A DNA stretch of 64,000 nucleotides from Octopus vulgaris (GCA_951406725.2 OX597820.1:94674001-94738000); one strand, 5' to 3'; positions 38,760-53,458 are shown, counted from the first letter of the stretch. The notes: generated by a model from the sequence alone, not told the origin. Made by a program: numbers and translations.

Positions 38760-41700
38760 AGTGACATATTTCGTGAAAAAAACCTTAAAAGTCAAATTTA
38801 TTTTGTGCTGAATGATACAACAAATTCATTAGGAACTGACTGGATGGAATTATTTAACTTATGGGACCTCCTCATAAATCTTCTGTAAAAATGTGAATGG
38901 TTCTTCGTCTGGTACAAAAAAGTCGTCAGACGAATCGAAAAATTTTTTAATATTTTTCCTGAGGTTCTGTCTGATAAATTAAGTTTGTGCACCAAAACAA
39001 CGGTTTCAGATAAAAGAAAACGCCATACCGACATTTAAACAAAAACGAACGGTACCCTTCGCAGTGTTAGAACAGATAAACTTAGAGAGACTAGAAAAAA
39101 TTGGAGTTATCCAGAAAGTGGAATATAGTCAACGGGCATCACCAACTGTGTACATTAATAATAAGAACGATAAAATCAGAGTGGGTGTTGATTTTTCCGC
39201 TGGTTTAAACATATGACTTAAAACGTGCACTATCCACTACCTACTCCGGAAGATATTTTTGCGAAATTAAACGGTGGCAGGATATCTTCTAAATTAGATC
39301 ACTCTGATACGTACCTACAAATTAGAGTAGACGATTGATGCTCTAAACACCTAACAATTAGCACATATAAAGAACTGTATAAATGCAACAGGTTAACATT
39401 TGGCTTAAAAGTCGCACCTCCGATTTTTCAACAGATTATGGATACAAGTTTAGTGGACTGTGAATTCAGAATTCCATATCTGGATGATATACTCATTAAA
39501 AGCGAATCCAGGGATCAACACGTAGAGCACGTAAAATATGTATTCGAAAAAGTTAGAGATTACGTCTTTACTTTGAGTGAAGAAAAGTCTGAAATTTTCT
39601 TACCAGATCCGTCGAGGGTAGATGTAATTAAAAATATGCCCACTCCGACAAATATAGCTATCTTAAAAGCATGTTTAAGACTGGAAAATTATTACCCAAA
39701 TTATATTCCAAATACGCATAAGGTGAGGGTTCCACTGAATAACCAGCTGAAAAAAGATAAGAAGTGGGATTGGTCTGAAAATTGTCAAAAGTCATTTGAC
39801 GAAATAAAACAAAATATTAATAATAACCGATTTGTCGTTAGCACACTTCTATCCTGCGGCGGAGATTGTTGTAGCTTCAGACACTTCTGAGTACGGTGTA
39901 GGAGTAGTAATGCTACATAAATATAAAGATGGTAGCATGAAGGCTATGGTTCATGCTCCATATTCTTTGGTATCAGCAGAGAAAAATTAAAGCCAAATCG
40001 AAAAAGAAACTCTAGCGATTATATTTGCTGTGGAAAAATTTCTCAGAAATTTTCCTCTACAGACTGATCATCGTCCGTTATTATATGTATTTGGGTAAAA
40101 GAAAGGAATCCCTACCCATACTGCTAACAGGTTGCAACGCTGGGGTACGATATATTTTGAACTATATTTTCAAGATAGAGTATATACCATCCAAGAAATC
40201 AGATCACGCTGATTGTTTATCAAGACTGATTTCAAAAAGTGCTGAACCATTTGAAGAGATAGTGTTTGCTGCTTTGAGAGCGGAAAATGAAATAAAAAAT
40301 GTTTTGTGTAACGTCATATGTGAACTGCCAAGACATGAAATTAAAATCGAAAACCGATAAATTCATTTTTAAAAGAGAGAAATACTGAAGGTTAAAAGAG
40401 ATAAAGATATGCGCAACACAAACGTGAACCATTTCTGAATGTGTGACAATGTACGCACAAAGAGTTGTAGTACGAGTCACACTACAAAAGCAATACTGCA
40501 TTTATTAAAGGAATTTCATATTGGTCACCCAGAGATTTCGAGAATGAAATCGTTAATGAGAAGTTATGTATATTGGCCGACGATGGACCATGACATTGAA
40601 GAATTAGTGGAAGCATGAAAAGGGTGTGCCTTAGTTGCGAAAGCACCTACCACTAAGTGGCAACAGTGGTTAAAATCATACGTTTCAAGGGCCAGGCTGC
40701 ATGTTAATTACGCAGGTCCTCCTAAGGGTTCATATTATCTTGTGATAGAGGGTTTTTCAAAGTGGACGGAAATGCATAAATGTAAAAAGCCGACATCTGT
40801 GGTTACAATAATTTTTTTACACGAATTGTTCGCCAGGTATGGTCTTCCTGATATCATTGTGTCTGATAAGGGAACTCGGTTTACGTCAAACGAGTTCAGA
40901 CGAGTTCGAAAATTCCTAGGTCAAATAGACAAGCGGAGCAATTTGTTGACACATTCAAGAGGGCGTTGAAAAAAGGTGAACAATAAAGTGATGGACGATT
41001 TTGTATTTCAACAATTTCTAAGGGTGTACCGAGTAACACCTAATACATCATCATCATCATCATCATTGTTCGACCGTAGTCGAGACAATGGAATTTACCA
41101 TGCTACGCCAGACTTCGCGGTCCATCATGGCATTACGGAGGTCCTGTTGCTGGATGCCTGTATCCCTGGAGATTACATCAGGGTAGGAGAGTGTGCGCCT
41201 TCTGGTATTGCGAGTAGATGGCTTCCAGAGGAGAAGAGTAGAAATTACCTCTTTTTCAGCTCTACAACAATGTCCAGCAAACTGGACTCTCCTACCTTTC
41301 ACAATACGAATACACCGTCGGGAATGTCACGTGCAGAATTGATGCTTGCAGAATTGATGCTTGCTAGAAAGGTCAGATCTGCCTTTGATAAGCTGATATC
41401 GAGTGGAAATTTATTAAAAAAAATAAGAGGCAAACAAAATTGCATCAAAAACTTTAAAGTTTGGTGACAAAGTTTTTTTTTAAAAAAAAACTATAGATAT
41501 GGTAAAGAAAGCTAGGAGGACGGTGTAATTATTAAACAAATTGGAAGAATGTTATTCCTGGTAAAAAGAAAACATGTCGAATATAAAAGACATATTAACC
41601 AGATAAAAAAAAAATTACGGACAAAGCAGTCAAGAGAAATGAAATCTCCAAGGAAGATTTTTGTAGGACATGTTTGAGGTACCAACATGCAAGGAATTTG

Positions 41701-41860
41701 AAACTATACGTTCTACCACCAGAAACTGGAAAAGAACGGAAAAACTGGAATTGAACCCTAAGCATAAGAGATATTAAAACTCTGAGCGCAGTTCAATTCT
41801 CAAAAGGTGACAAGTAAAGGGAGACTAATTCTAAAAAGGGGAGATGTTGTGGAATCCGAC
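38760..41860 (+). mobile_element. Decayed Gypsy/Ty3 (Mag-like) LTR retrotransposon pol, PPT and start of 3' LTR
   Basis: LGTDW, YPLPTPEDIFAKLNGG, PYLDDILI, SQIEKE, TDHRPL, HIGHP..YVYWP, IVSDKGTRFTS; PPT AAAAAGGGGAGA then TGTTG at 41845. Confidence 0.92.
41047..41302 (-). mobile_element. 3' end of RTE-clade LINE inserted in the Gypsy integrase
   Basis: FAGHCCR...LLWKP...AMMDREVWR; (TGA)n tail; AATAC on both sides; splits integrase YRVTPNT/NTPSG. Confidence 0.8.
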
Positions 41861-42134
41861 CACCATCATGGTAAGCAGTTCACTGTGAGCCGTCATTGAG
41901 AACGTTGAGTCACTTGTGACAGTAGTCTCCGGCAGGGAGGGGAGGGGCGACCCATGTTTCTCTCACTCTTTCTTCCTGTTTCTTCCGCCCCAAATTTCTC
42001 TCACTCTTTCTTCCTGTTTCTTGAGTAACGCTGCGATTGACTAGCGTCCCGTCCAGGTGGGGGGAACACATACGCCATAGAAAACCGGGCCCATGAGCCT
42101 GGCTAGGCTTGAAAAGGGCGCATAAATAATATAT

Positions 42135-45100
42135 ATAAGTTTCTTTATTGGCCACACAGGGCTGCACACAGATGGGACAAGTTACAAGGTAGAGCTTTTC
42201 TTTTGGGGGATGAAAAAAACAAAAAACAAAAGAAACTAAAAAAAAAGGGAGTGGCGTAGGTTTTCGATCAAGAGGGATCGTAAAATGGAAGAATAGAACA
42301 AAAAAAAATAAATAAAATTAAATTTTAAAAAAAGAAAAGGAAAAGGAACAAAAGAAAAGAGAAATGAAAAAAGAAGGAAAAAGGGGAAAAAAAGGGGAAG
42401 AGGAAAAAAAACGATCAATAGGGATCGTGTTTCACAGTGTTATGATATATGGTGTAAAGGGGAAAGCAAGTAAGGTTTATCCGTGGGAAGGAAAGCCTAC
42501 GAAAAAGACCACGGTAACCTTGGTCAATATTGTTATATGTTACCACATTTGTTTGCAAGTGGGTAACCCTCTGTTTTCAATTTCTGGGTTCATAGGATTA
42601 TGCTCAAGGTGGCTTCGTCATTCATACGTGCCATCCTTGCTACATTTACCCATATTTTTTTAAAACATTCGCTAGACAAAACTTGCCTCTCTACTCTCAC
42701 TTTCCTTTTCAAGTGGTACTTGAAGAAGTTGATGAGAGGTTGACCAGAGAGGAAAGTGTTTGTCTCCAATCCTTTCAGACGCGTCCACCAGATACATTCT
42801 TTCGCCATAGCCACAAGGATGATGAAAATAGCTCTTCCTTCCCGTTTGAAGGAAGGGGGCGTGACAATATTGACGATAGACTCAGTTGATAAACCGACTC
42901 GTCCCACACGTGACAGCAGTTGTTCGACATAAGGTGTACAAAACTCAACGAGACCGAGCCGTGAAAATCGAAAAGAAAGAACGCTTCAGTTATGAATACA
43001 AAATCGCTGCAAATGCCAGTAGCAATCCAAAAACCTTCTTTGCCCATGTCCAGCGGAATTCCCGCTTGAACAACCAGATTGTAACGTTGGTAGACTCAAC
43101 AGGCGTATCGATTGAGGACCCTTATCAACAGAGTCAATTATTTGCCGAGGCTTTTTCAACTATTTTCAAACAAGATGATGGTCGTGAACCCCCTCCATTT
43201 GATAGATCGGTACCTCCAATGCTTCGATTGGTCATCACGCGGGACGAAGTCAAACGTGTTATTCAAGGCCTCGATGTCAACAAGGGTCACGGCCCTGACG
43301 GCATACACCCACGGGTTATCAAAGCGTTGGCTCCGGTCATCTGCGAGCCCTTAACACGACTATTCAATATGTCATTGGCGACGGGTGTTATACCTGCACA
43401 CTGGAGAACAGCGATAATCTGCCCAATTTTCAAGAAAGGGAGCCGCGAAGACCCGCTTAACTACCGACCGGTTTCCCTTACATCAATAATTAGCAAGATG
43501 TTCGAAACCATCCTTAAGAAAAGTATGATGCTCCACCTCCTAAACACAGCCTCTATCTCTGATTCCCAACACGGCTTCGTGCCGAAGAGATCATGCTTGA
43601 CCAACTTACTAGTAGTGGAAGAATTGGTGACGCGCATCCTCGATGATAGTGATGCTGTTGACATCGTTTTACTGGACTTTGCCAAAGCTTTTGACTCGGT
43701 AAACCACCGCCTATTACTTGTCAAGCTTCAAGCATATAGTTTCCATCCGGATATTGTACGATGGGTTGGTGCCTTCCTCTCAGATCGCTCCTTCCAAGTC
43801 CAAGTTAATGGTTCGCGGTCCGACGTCTCCAGTGCGAGCAGTGGCGTGCCTCAAGGTTCAGTGCTTGGGCCCTTGTTGTTCTTAGTCTTCATAAATGACT
43901 TGCCCGACGACCTCACGCAACACACCCTTCTATTTGCCGACGATATCAAACTGGTCGCTCCTCGCGGTAATATAGAGGATCTTCGTCGATGCCTCCACCA
44001 AATTTGGAAGTGGTCTAACGATTGGGACCTGTGTCTGAACGTGTCAAAGTGCTGTCATCTGCCTGTCGGCTCTACTCCTGCAACTCAACTTGATTTCGAG
44101 CCGGATCGTCTGCTGCTGGAGAGGACCGATCAGGTAAAGGACCTAGGTATTTTGGTAGATTCCTCCTTTTCGCCTTCGGCCCAGTGCGTCCATGCTGCCA
44201 ACAAAGCACGCGGAATTCTGTTCTTGATTCGACGGTCATTCGGAATGCTCACAGCAGCCATATTCCTACCACTCTATGTCACGCTGGTGAGACCCATATT
44301 GGAGTATGGGATTCAAGCCTCTTCTCCTTATCTCCTCAAAGACATACAGCATCTCGAAAGAGTCCAGAAGCTGGCTACCCACATGGTTCATGGTCTCAAA
44401 AATTTGTCCTACGAAGAAAGGCTGAGGACGCTCGACCTTTATTCTCTTGAAAAACGCCGCCGCCGTAGTGATCTCATTCTCGCCCACAACATCATAAGCG
44501 GAAAGTGTAACCTCTCGAAAGAGCTGTTCTTCACTCCTGCTCCAGAGCGTCGGCTGCGGGGTCATTCCGAAAAGCTCTACCTGCGACGATTTCATCTCAA
44601 TCGAAGGAGACGAGCTTTCTCCGTCCGGGTTGCGGATCCGTGGAACAAGCTGCCAGACGAGATGGTGAAGATGCCGACGACCGCTTTGTTCAAAGCCTCC
44701 CTGGACCTCAAGTGGCCTGAACTCTTTACATGAACACCACCCTGTACTTAACTCCATGTCCCCCTACATGGCCTTGCTATTTGCTTTTGAGCCAAATTAA
44801 CTAACTAACTAACTAACTAACTAACATAAGCCCACAGGTCGGAAATTGTTGGACACTGCACGAGTGCGTGCAGAACGGTTTCGTCGCTCTGACCGCATCT
44901 CGGGCAGGTCGGCCCCGTGTTTCTCGAGCCGTGTCTGTAGAGCTTATCCCGAACGGGTAGCGCTTCTCGGTAGCACTGCCAGGTCAGGGATCTCTGGAAG
45001 TTGTCCATGGGCCCTGGCCCGAAAGTCGTCCGGAATAGGCGGGTCCGGTACTCCTCGTCGATGTCCAGGTTCGCCCCGAGCTCGTCGTCGTACCTCCCCT

Positions 45101-46090
45101 CCACTAATCCCCTATAGAATGCTTTGGTTGTGATGAAGTCACTCAAGGTCGACCCAGGACGGCAGAGTTGCTTGAGAGCAACGCGACACTCGCGGTGCCA
45201 TTCGCCCTTCCTCGGCCTCTTTTTGATCCACGACTGCAGTTCGGTCATGGAGACGAGCTGCGGGAAAGCGTGCCTCACAAACGGCGACCACACCTGTTCA
45301 CCGTCGTCTACGAAGAGCCTGAGATGTCGCAGTCTCAGCGCGTGTCTGTGCATCATCAATTACGGCATGCCCAGTCCTCCTTTTAACGGGTGTTGACAGC
45401 AAATGGATCGCCTGACCATCGGGACGCATCCTTTCCACAAGAAGCGAAAGAGAATGCGTTCTAGTTTGGTGATGGTAGGGTCGGGACAAGGTACGACGGT
45501 CAGGCGGTAGTAGATGACGGACGCGATGTACGTGTTCGCCACCTCCGCCCGACCTTTTAGGGACAGTTTCCTCTCGGCCCATTGCCGGGTGAGAGTGACC
45601 ACCCTACTCGTTATCTCGTTCCAGTTCTTCTCCACTTGGAGGTCCGGACCAAACCAGACCCCGAGCAACTCAACCGGGCCGTCGGTCCAGCGTCCCACGA
45701 CGGAGGCGCTGGTGGACGGCATGGGCTTGCTTCTCCAGGTGCCTAGTCGCAAGCCCACTGACTTTTCCCGGTTGATTTTCGCTCCTGTCACCGCTTCGTA
45801 GTTTTTCAGTGTCTCGCCGACCTGCTCGATGTGCTCGTGGCTAGACACTATGACGGTGACGTCGTCCGCGTATGCAGACACGCTCGTCCCGCATCCCAGT
45901 TCTCGCGGGATGCCCCTCAAAGTTGCCAGCTTCCGCAATAATGGCCCGAGAGTCAATACGTATAGACGCGACGATGTCGAAGGATCTCGATAGATGTCCA
46001 TTCATGCGAATTACCGAACGGATGCCTCTGTACAAAGCGGCTATCCAGCCGCGGAAGACGGGACCGAAGCTAGCCGCTCTGAGGACCGCC
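42135..46090 (-). mobile_element. 5'-truncated L1/Tx1-clade LINE (RT, CCHC, 3' UTR), split by a CR1 insertion
   Basis: AYADDVTV, GAKINREKS, GGLGMP, CPRCGQSDETVLHALVQC, IWWTR; AATAAA at the 3' end; 5' junction with (TATC)n. Confidence 0.92.
42934..44823 (+). mobile_element. Young 5'-truncated CR1-clade LINE with an uninterrupted RT frame
   Basis: About 600 aa open frame to 44733: GPDGIHP, NYRPVSLTS, QHGF, DFAKAFD, SGVPQGSVLGP, FADD, KDLG. (TAAC)n tail; TSD ACATAAG at 42927-42933 and 44824-44830. Confidence 0.95.
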
Positions 46091-46093
46091 TAA

Positions 46094-46184
<91 letters not shown>

Positions 46185-46334
46185 TAGGTGCAGCGTGCCT
46201 GTGTGGTAAGAATTTACTTCCCAGCCACATGGTCCCGGGTTCAGCCCTACTGCTTGGATCCTTGAGCAAGTGTCTTCCACTATAGCCCTGGGCAGACTAA
46301 AGTGACTTTGGTAGAGGAAAACTGAAAGACGCCC

Positions 46335-46374
<40 letters not shown>

Positions 46375-46385
46375 TATATAGAAGG

Positions 46386-46436
46386 AGCTTCTACAGGACT
46401 AGAACTGTTTCATTCAAGAGAAATCTTCAGGAAGCT
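46386..46436 (-). ncRNA. Hammerhead ribozyme (left arm)
   Basis: Reverse complement of 50395-50445. Confidence 0.75.
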
Positions 46437-46922
46437 AGTTAACAAGAATTGTATTGGCATTTATACATTTAGGCAGGTTTAAAGGGGTGTTGGTGGGGGA
46501 CTTTTTGGAGGTAGGCATAGCGCAAAATATCATACTTGGGGGAGTGGTCAAGGAGTCAGTGTTAAATTAGATAGAAGAATAAATAAAAAATTAAAAAAAT
46601 TAAAAAATATATATATATAAAAAAAGGGGGAATAGAGTTTTAGGTAAATAAGGAGATTCTCACTTATACCTATGCACATATGTATACATATATACACACG
46701 CATACAAACATATATACATATACATACACACATACATACACACACATATATATATACATATATATACACTTACATATACACACAGAAAAATATATATACA
46801 CATACACACACATACTCACATACACGCATACACACACAAATCCACACACACACATGCACACACAGCACTAGTCCCTATATACACATATATACACATACAC
46901 ACATATATACACACACATACAT

Positions 46923-46970
<48 letters not shown>

Positions 46971-47379
46971 GTGTACCTATGCATACCTACACATACACAC
47001 ATATATATATACACATACAAATACAGACCCATTCCCTAATTTTAATTTTATTATCTTCGTTTATTACTTTTGTTATCTTTGGCCGCTTGGTCACAAACAT
47101 CTTGGCTATGACAGCCAGTCCATTTATCTGTCTACTGGAAAACAAGCACTCATTCACTCACGCACACTCTTTAGCACGTACACTCACTCATTCGTACACT
47201 CATACACATACACGCACGCACGCGTTATATTCATACATACATACATCTACATACATTCACGTATATACACATACGTACGCGTACCTACAGATTCATGTCT
47301 ACACTCTTAGAAGGCTAGTCTATACATATACACCAATAAATATAAATACACACACATACACGTACACCTACATACAAAT

Positions 47380-47431
<52 letters not shown>

Positions 47432-48072
47432 TCACATATATATACACATATATACATACATATACAAACACACACATATATACACATATACACACATATA
47501 CACATATATACACACATACACATACATACATATACACACATACACATACATACGTATACATACATACATACATCCATACATCCATACATACATACATTTA
47601 TACACATACACACACCCACATACATACATATATATACGCGCATATATATATCTATATATATATATATACATATACATATATACATATATACATATATATT
47701 CATACACACACATACATATACATACATACATATACAAATATACGCACACACATACATACATACTCATATACTCATACACGCACATACACATGTACATCGT
47801 ACCCATACACACACACACACACACGCGCGCATCCATATATACACATAAGTACACCCATGCGTAAAAGTATACATATATCTATGCTTACACATACACACAC
47901 ACACACGCGCCTCCTTATATTCATACTTACATGCATACTCAAAAATAAGTAAATAGTAACATATATATACGCGCAGTTATTCATACATGCATACTCAAAA
48001 AATAAATAATAAATATTAAGTATATGTACGTGCAGTTACCTATTATATAGACGGATACATACATATAAACTT

Positions 48073-48123
<51 letters not shown>

Positions 48124-48582
48124 CATATATACACATATATATATACACATACACACATACATACATATATATATACACACACACACATACACATATATAT
48201 ATATATATATATACATACTTACACATGTACATATAAATACACACATAGATAACTCTACGTACCTACATATATATGTATATATGTATATATATGTGTTTGT
48301 GTGTGTGTGTGTATGCATGTGTGTATGTGTATGTATGTATGTATATATATGCGTGTGTATGTGTATGTGTATATGTACATATACGCGTACGCTCGTGTGT
48401 TTATGTATATGTAGGTACGTAGAGTTATCTATGTGTGTATTTATATGTACATGTGTAAGTATGTATATATATATACTTTGATACTTTGATACTATATATA
48501 TATATATATATATATGTGTATGTGTGTGTGTGTATATATATATGTATGTATGTGTGTATGTGTATATATATGTGTATATATG

Positions 48583-48641
<59 letters not shown>

Positions 48642-49029
48642 AAGTTTATATGTATGTATCCGTCTATATAATAGGTAACTGCACGTACATATACTTAATA
48701 TTTATTATTTATTTTTTGAGTATGCATGTATGAATAACTGCGCGTATATATATTTTACTATTTACTTATTTTTGAGTATGCATGTAAGTATGAATATAAG
48801 GAGGCGCGTGTGTGTGTGTGTATGTGTAAGCATAGATATATGTATACTTTTACGCATGGGTGTACTTATGTGTATATATGGATGCGCGCGTGTGTGTGTG
48901 TGTGTATGGGTACGCATGTACATGTGTATGTGCGTGTATGAGTATATGAGTATGTATGTATGTGTGCGTATATTTGTATATGTATGTATGTATATGTATG
49001 TGTGTGTATGAATATATATGTATATATGC

Positions 49030-49060
<31 letters not shown>

Positions 49061-49281
49061 GATATATGTATGCGCGTATATATATGTATGTATGTGGGTG
49101 TGTGTATGTGTATAAATGTATGTATGTATGGATGTATGGATGTATGTATGTATGTATACGTATGTATGTGTATGTGTGTATATGTATGTATGTGTATGTG
49201 TGTATATATGTGTATATGTGTGTATATGTGTATATATGTGTGTGTATGTATGTGTATGTATATATGTGTATATATATGTGA

Positions 49282-49331
<50 letters not shown>

Positions 49332-49740
49332 ATTTGTATGTAGGTGTACGTGTATGTGTGTGTATTTATATTTATTGGTGTATATGTATAGACTAGCCTT
49401 CTAAGAGTGTAGACATGAATCTGTAGGTACGCGTACGTATGTGTATATACGTGAATGTATGTAGATGTATGTATGTATGAATATAACGCGTGCGTGCGTG
49501 TATGTGTATGAGTGTACGAATGAGTGAGTGTACGTGCTAAAGAGTGTGCGTGAGTGAATGAGTGCTTGTTTTCCAGTAGACAGATAAATGGACTGGCTGC
49601 CATAGCCAAGATGTTTGTGACCAAGCGGCCAAAGATAACAAAAGTAATAAACGAAGATAATAAAATTAAAATTAGGGAATGGGTCTGTATTTGTATGTGT
49701 ATATATATATGTGTGTATGTGTAGGTATGCATAGGTACAC

Positions 49741-49802
<62 letters not shown>

Positions 49803-50394
49803 ATGTATGTGTGTGTATATATGTGTGTATGTGTATATATGTGTATATAGGGACTAGTGTGCTGTGTGTGCATGTGTGTGTGTGGATTTGTGTGTGTATG
49901 CGTGTATGTGAGTATGTGTGTGTATGTGTATATATATTTTTCTGTGTGTATATGTATGTGTGGTCGTGTGTGTATATATACATGTGTGTATACGTGTATG
50001 CATGTGAGTGTGTGTATGTATACATATATGTGTATGTGTAGATATGTATATGTATGTGTAAGTGTATATATATGTATATATATATGTGTGTGTATGTATG
50101 TGTGTATGTATATGTATATATGTTTGTATGCGTGTGTATATATGTATACATATGTGCATAGGTATAAGTGAGAATCTCCTTATTTACCTAAAACTCTATT
50201 CCCCCTTTTTTTATATATATATATTTTTTTATTTTTTTTATTTTTTATTTATTCTTCTATCTAATTTAACACTGACTCCTTGACCACTCCCCCAAGTATG
50301 ATATTTTGCGCTATGCCTACCCCCAAAAAGTCCCCCACCAACACCCCTTTAAACCTGCCTAAATGTATAAATGCCAATACAATTCTTGTTAACT

Positions 50395-50445
50395 AGCTTC
50401 CTGAAGATTTCTCTTGAATGAAACAGTTCTAGTCCTGTAGAAGCT
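50395..50445 (+). ncRNA. Hammerhead ribozyme (right arm), type I
   Basis: AGCTTC-CTGAAGA-TTTC tctt GAAT-GAAA-CAG ttctagtc CTG-TA-GAAGCT; 6-bp stem I, GUA cleavage after 50439. Confidence 0.75.
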
Positions 50446-50528
50446 CCTTCTATATAATAAATTAATTTTACTCTGCTATGTATTGAGTACCTTATTTACT
50501 GTGGTTAACCCCGAATCAACCCGGGACC

Positions 50529-50581
<53 letters not shown>

Positions 50582-50813
50582 GCACATGTGTTTGCGGGGA
50601 AAGGACGTGTGTGTGTTTCTTTGTATCTATGTTTGTCCTCCACTACTGCTTAACAACCGGTGTTGGTCTGTATGTCTCCTCGGCCAAAGAGACTGATGGG
50701 TTAAGTACCAGTTTTATAAGCGAGAAAATACTGAGGTCGATTCGTTCGACTAAATTTTCTGAACGCATGACCGCAGTCTAATAGCTGAAACAGATTTAAA
50801 AAATTTAAATGTA

Positions 50814-51325
50814 CCGTAAATCCTCGAATATAGTCCGCCCTTGAATATAATACGCAAGGGATTTTTAGGGGCTGTACGTCTGAAAAACCTAAACCTTGTG
50901 TATAATATGCACCCCTTCTCTAACTTGAATCAAGGAGGTCTATATAACATTCTTGGTTTGTAAAAATGTATACGGTAACGTCCTTTATAATTATTGTACA
51001 TATAACAGAATGCAAACGTGTAGCTTTTTTGTGCATTTTGTTTGCAGGAAATAAAGAAATAATAGTAATAGCGTTTAATAAATGTTGCTCACTGCAAGTT
51101 ATGAATGATGCTTTTGACTTCATTTCTTTCAGGCTTAGCTTAAGGTATTTTCACGCCCGACATCAGAAAATGCGCCTGAATAAACATTGCCGGACAGTAA
51201 ATAGAAACTCGGACATTGCTTAGAAAATAATTTTCATTTTTAACCTCGTATATAGTACGCACTAGGGATTTTGACCTTTAAATTTTTGGGGAAAAAAAAT
51301 GCGGTTTATACTCGAGGATTTACGG
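50814..51325. mobile_element. Tc1/pogo-type MITE with TA target duplication
   Basis: TA|CCGTAAATCCTCGAATATA ... TATACTCGAGGATTTACGG|TA; partial copy at ~53575-53660. Confidence 0.85.
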
Positions 51326-51627
51326 TATATACAGATTTGTTACATTTTGTATCCGACTCCGCCTAATGTAAACAACAATGCGATCGGAGATGGAAAAAAT
51401 AGATAATGGTTGTATATGACATAATTCAGGAGCTTTTGCTCCTTCCTCAGTAGCACCCATCCAACCCATTAACCATCCACGAGCTCATTGCTTAAATAGC
51501 CACAAGATATAACAGAGTAACGCTGTTGGATATACCAATTTACATATTAAACGCATTCCTGGCAGCCAGTACGCACGCATAAATGACTTGTAGGGACACC
51601 TACAAGTTATTTAGATGAATGAATGAA

Positions 51628-52176
51628 AGGATGGATGGATGGATGGATGGATGGATGGATGGATGGATGGATGGATGGAGGGATGGATGGATGGATGGAT
51701 GGATGGAGGGAGGGAGGGAGGGAGGGAGGGATGGACGGATGAATGAATGGATGGATGGATGGACGGACGGACGGACGGACGGACGGACGGACGGATGGAT
51801 GGATGGATGGATGGAGGGATGGAGGGAGGGAGAGATGGATGGATGGATGGACGGATGGACGGATGAATGGATGGATGGATGGATGGATGGATGGAGGGAT
51901 GGAGGGAGGGAGGGATGGATGGATGGATGGATGGATGGACGGATGGACGGATGAATGGATGGATGGATGGATGGATGGATGAATGGATGGATGGATGGAT
52001 GGAGGGAGGGAGGGAGGGAGGGAGGGAGGGATGGACGGATGGACGGATGAATGAATGGATGGATGGATGGATGCATGCATGGATGGATGGATGGATGGAC
52101 GGATGGATGGATGGATGGACGGATGAATGGATGGATGGATGGATGGACGGATGAATGGATGGACGGATGGATGGAT
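51628..52176. repeat. Compound (GGAT/GGAG/GGAC)n microsatellite
   Basis: Direct reading. Confidence 0.95.
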
Positions 52177-52557
52177 CAAGCGAGCAAACAGAGAGGTACT
52201 GGAATTTGATATCTTCCTATTAAATGGTCGATTACTTTGTTCTATATTTATAACTTTCTATTCATATTCCTGGCAGAAATATTTCATTTCTACTTTTCTT
52301 TACCTTCCTTTCTTTCTTTCTTCCTTTCTTTCTTTCTTTATTTCTTTTTTTCTATTTTTTTTCTTCTTTCCTTTCTTTAAGCATATATTTTTTATCGGAT
52401 GTTTGTGTCACTAGGGATTACAGCGATTATCTTTACAAGTTCTGTGGTACTGCACATTGACAAGTCGTGACACGAAACACTTGAAACTAGTTTTGCCGGC
52501 ACCAATGCTGGGTACTTAACAACGAGAATATATGCATTTATTTATAAGCGTTAGTGT

Positions 52558-52611
<54 letters not shown>

Positions 52612-53245
52612 ACATATGCACACATACATACACATGCACACGCATGTGTGTACATGTGTGTATGTATATGTATGTATGTTTGTGTGTACATATATATATA
52701 TATATACATACCTATGTCCATATATATATATACATACGTACATACATACTCTCATTCGAGAGTATGTGCATACATACATACCATATATTATACTCACACA
52801 TACACACACACAGATATATATATATATATATATAAATTTGTGTGTGCATGTGTGTGTGTGTGTGTGTGTGTGTGGTTAGAGTATTCGACACACAGTCGTA
52901 AGGTTGTGAGTTCGATTAATTCCAAGACGTTGTGTCCTTGAGCAAGACACTTTATTTCACGGTGCTCCAGCCCACTCCAAAGTTAAAGCAAAAAACAAAA
53001 ACTTCTTGAGAACCCAAATAGTCTTTCCTTCCTTGATGCCAAGTTTGAAGAAAATATCTTTTTTGCATTTTCCTTTTTTGTTCTCTTAAATATATTGCAT
53101 TTTGTGGCATTATTTCAAGCCAAGCGGCTTTTCTGTGCAAACTGCACGAGCATTTTTTATTGCGTATGCGTAGTATCGATCGTAACAGCTGATGTACTTG
53201 CGAGTACAAATACACATTCCACGGTTTTATCGATCGCATTCTCAC

Positions 53246-53350
53246 CTGGAATCGATTTTGGTAATTTTTTCAAGACTTATACACGCCCTGATACCGTTGG
53301 TATCTACATTATCAAATTTGAGTGCAAACGGATGGAGGATGTCCGAGATC
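53246..53350 (-). CDS. Candidate 105-nt internal exon of an unidentified gene (ISDILHPFALKFDNVDTNGIRACISLEKITKIDS)
   Basis: gtcttctAG|G ATC...TCC AG|GTGAGA; open in phase 2-2, unique sequence. No family recognised. Confidence 0.35.
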
Positions 53351-53386
53351 CTAGAAGACACACACACACACACAGAGAACGGATTT

Positions 53387-53458
<72 letters not shown>

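Larger units (their letters stand above)
46371..50460. repeat. ~4.1-kb palindrome (arms ~46371-48270 and ~48405-50460) of a non-coding Penelope-derived element
   Basis: The arms are near-exact reverse complements, unique segments included; each outer end carries a hammerhead. Confidence 0.92.
46187..50800 (+). mobile_element. SINE split by the palindromic element (5' half 46187-46340, 3' half 50580-50800)
   Basis: The head ends at the internal (TA)n; the body resumes with TTTGTCC..ACAACCGGTGTTGG..CCGCAGTC after 50580. Confidence 0.75.

Noticed and set aside
46548-50283. Long His/Thr/Tyr/Ile- or Cys/Val/Met-rich ORFs (up to 335 aa)
   Set aside because: Translations of (CA/TA)n low-complexity DNA; the same applies to the [16 protein letters not shown] and poly-I ORFs elsewhere.
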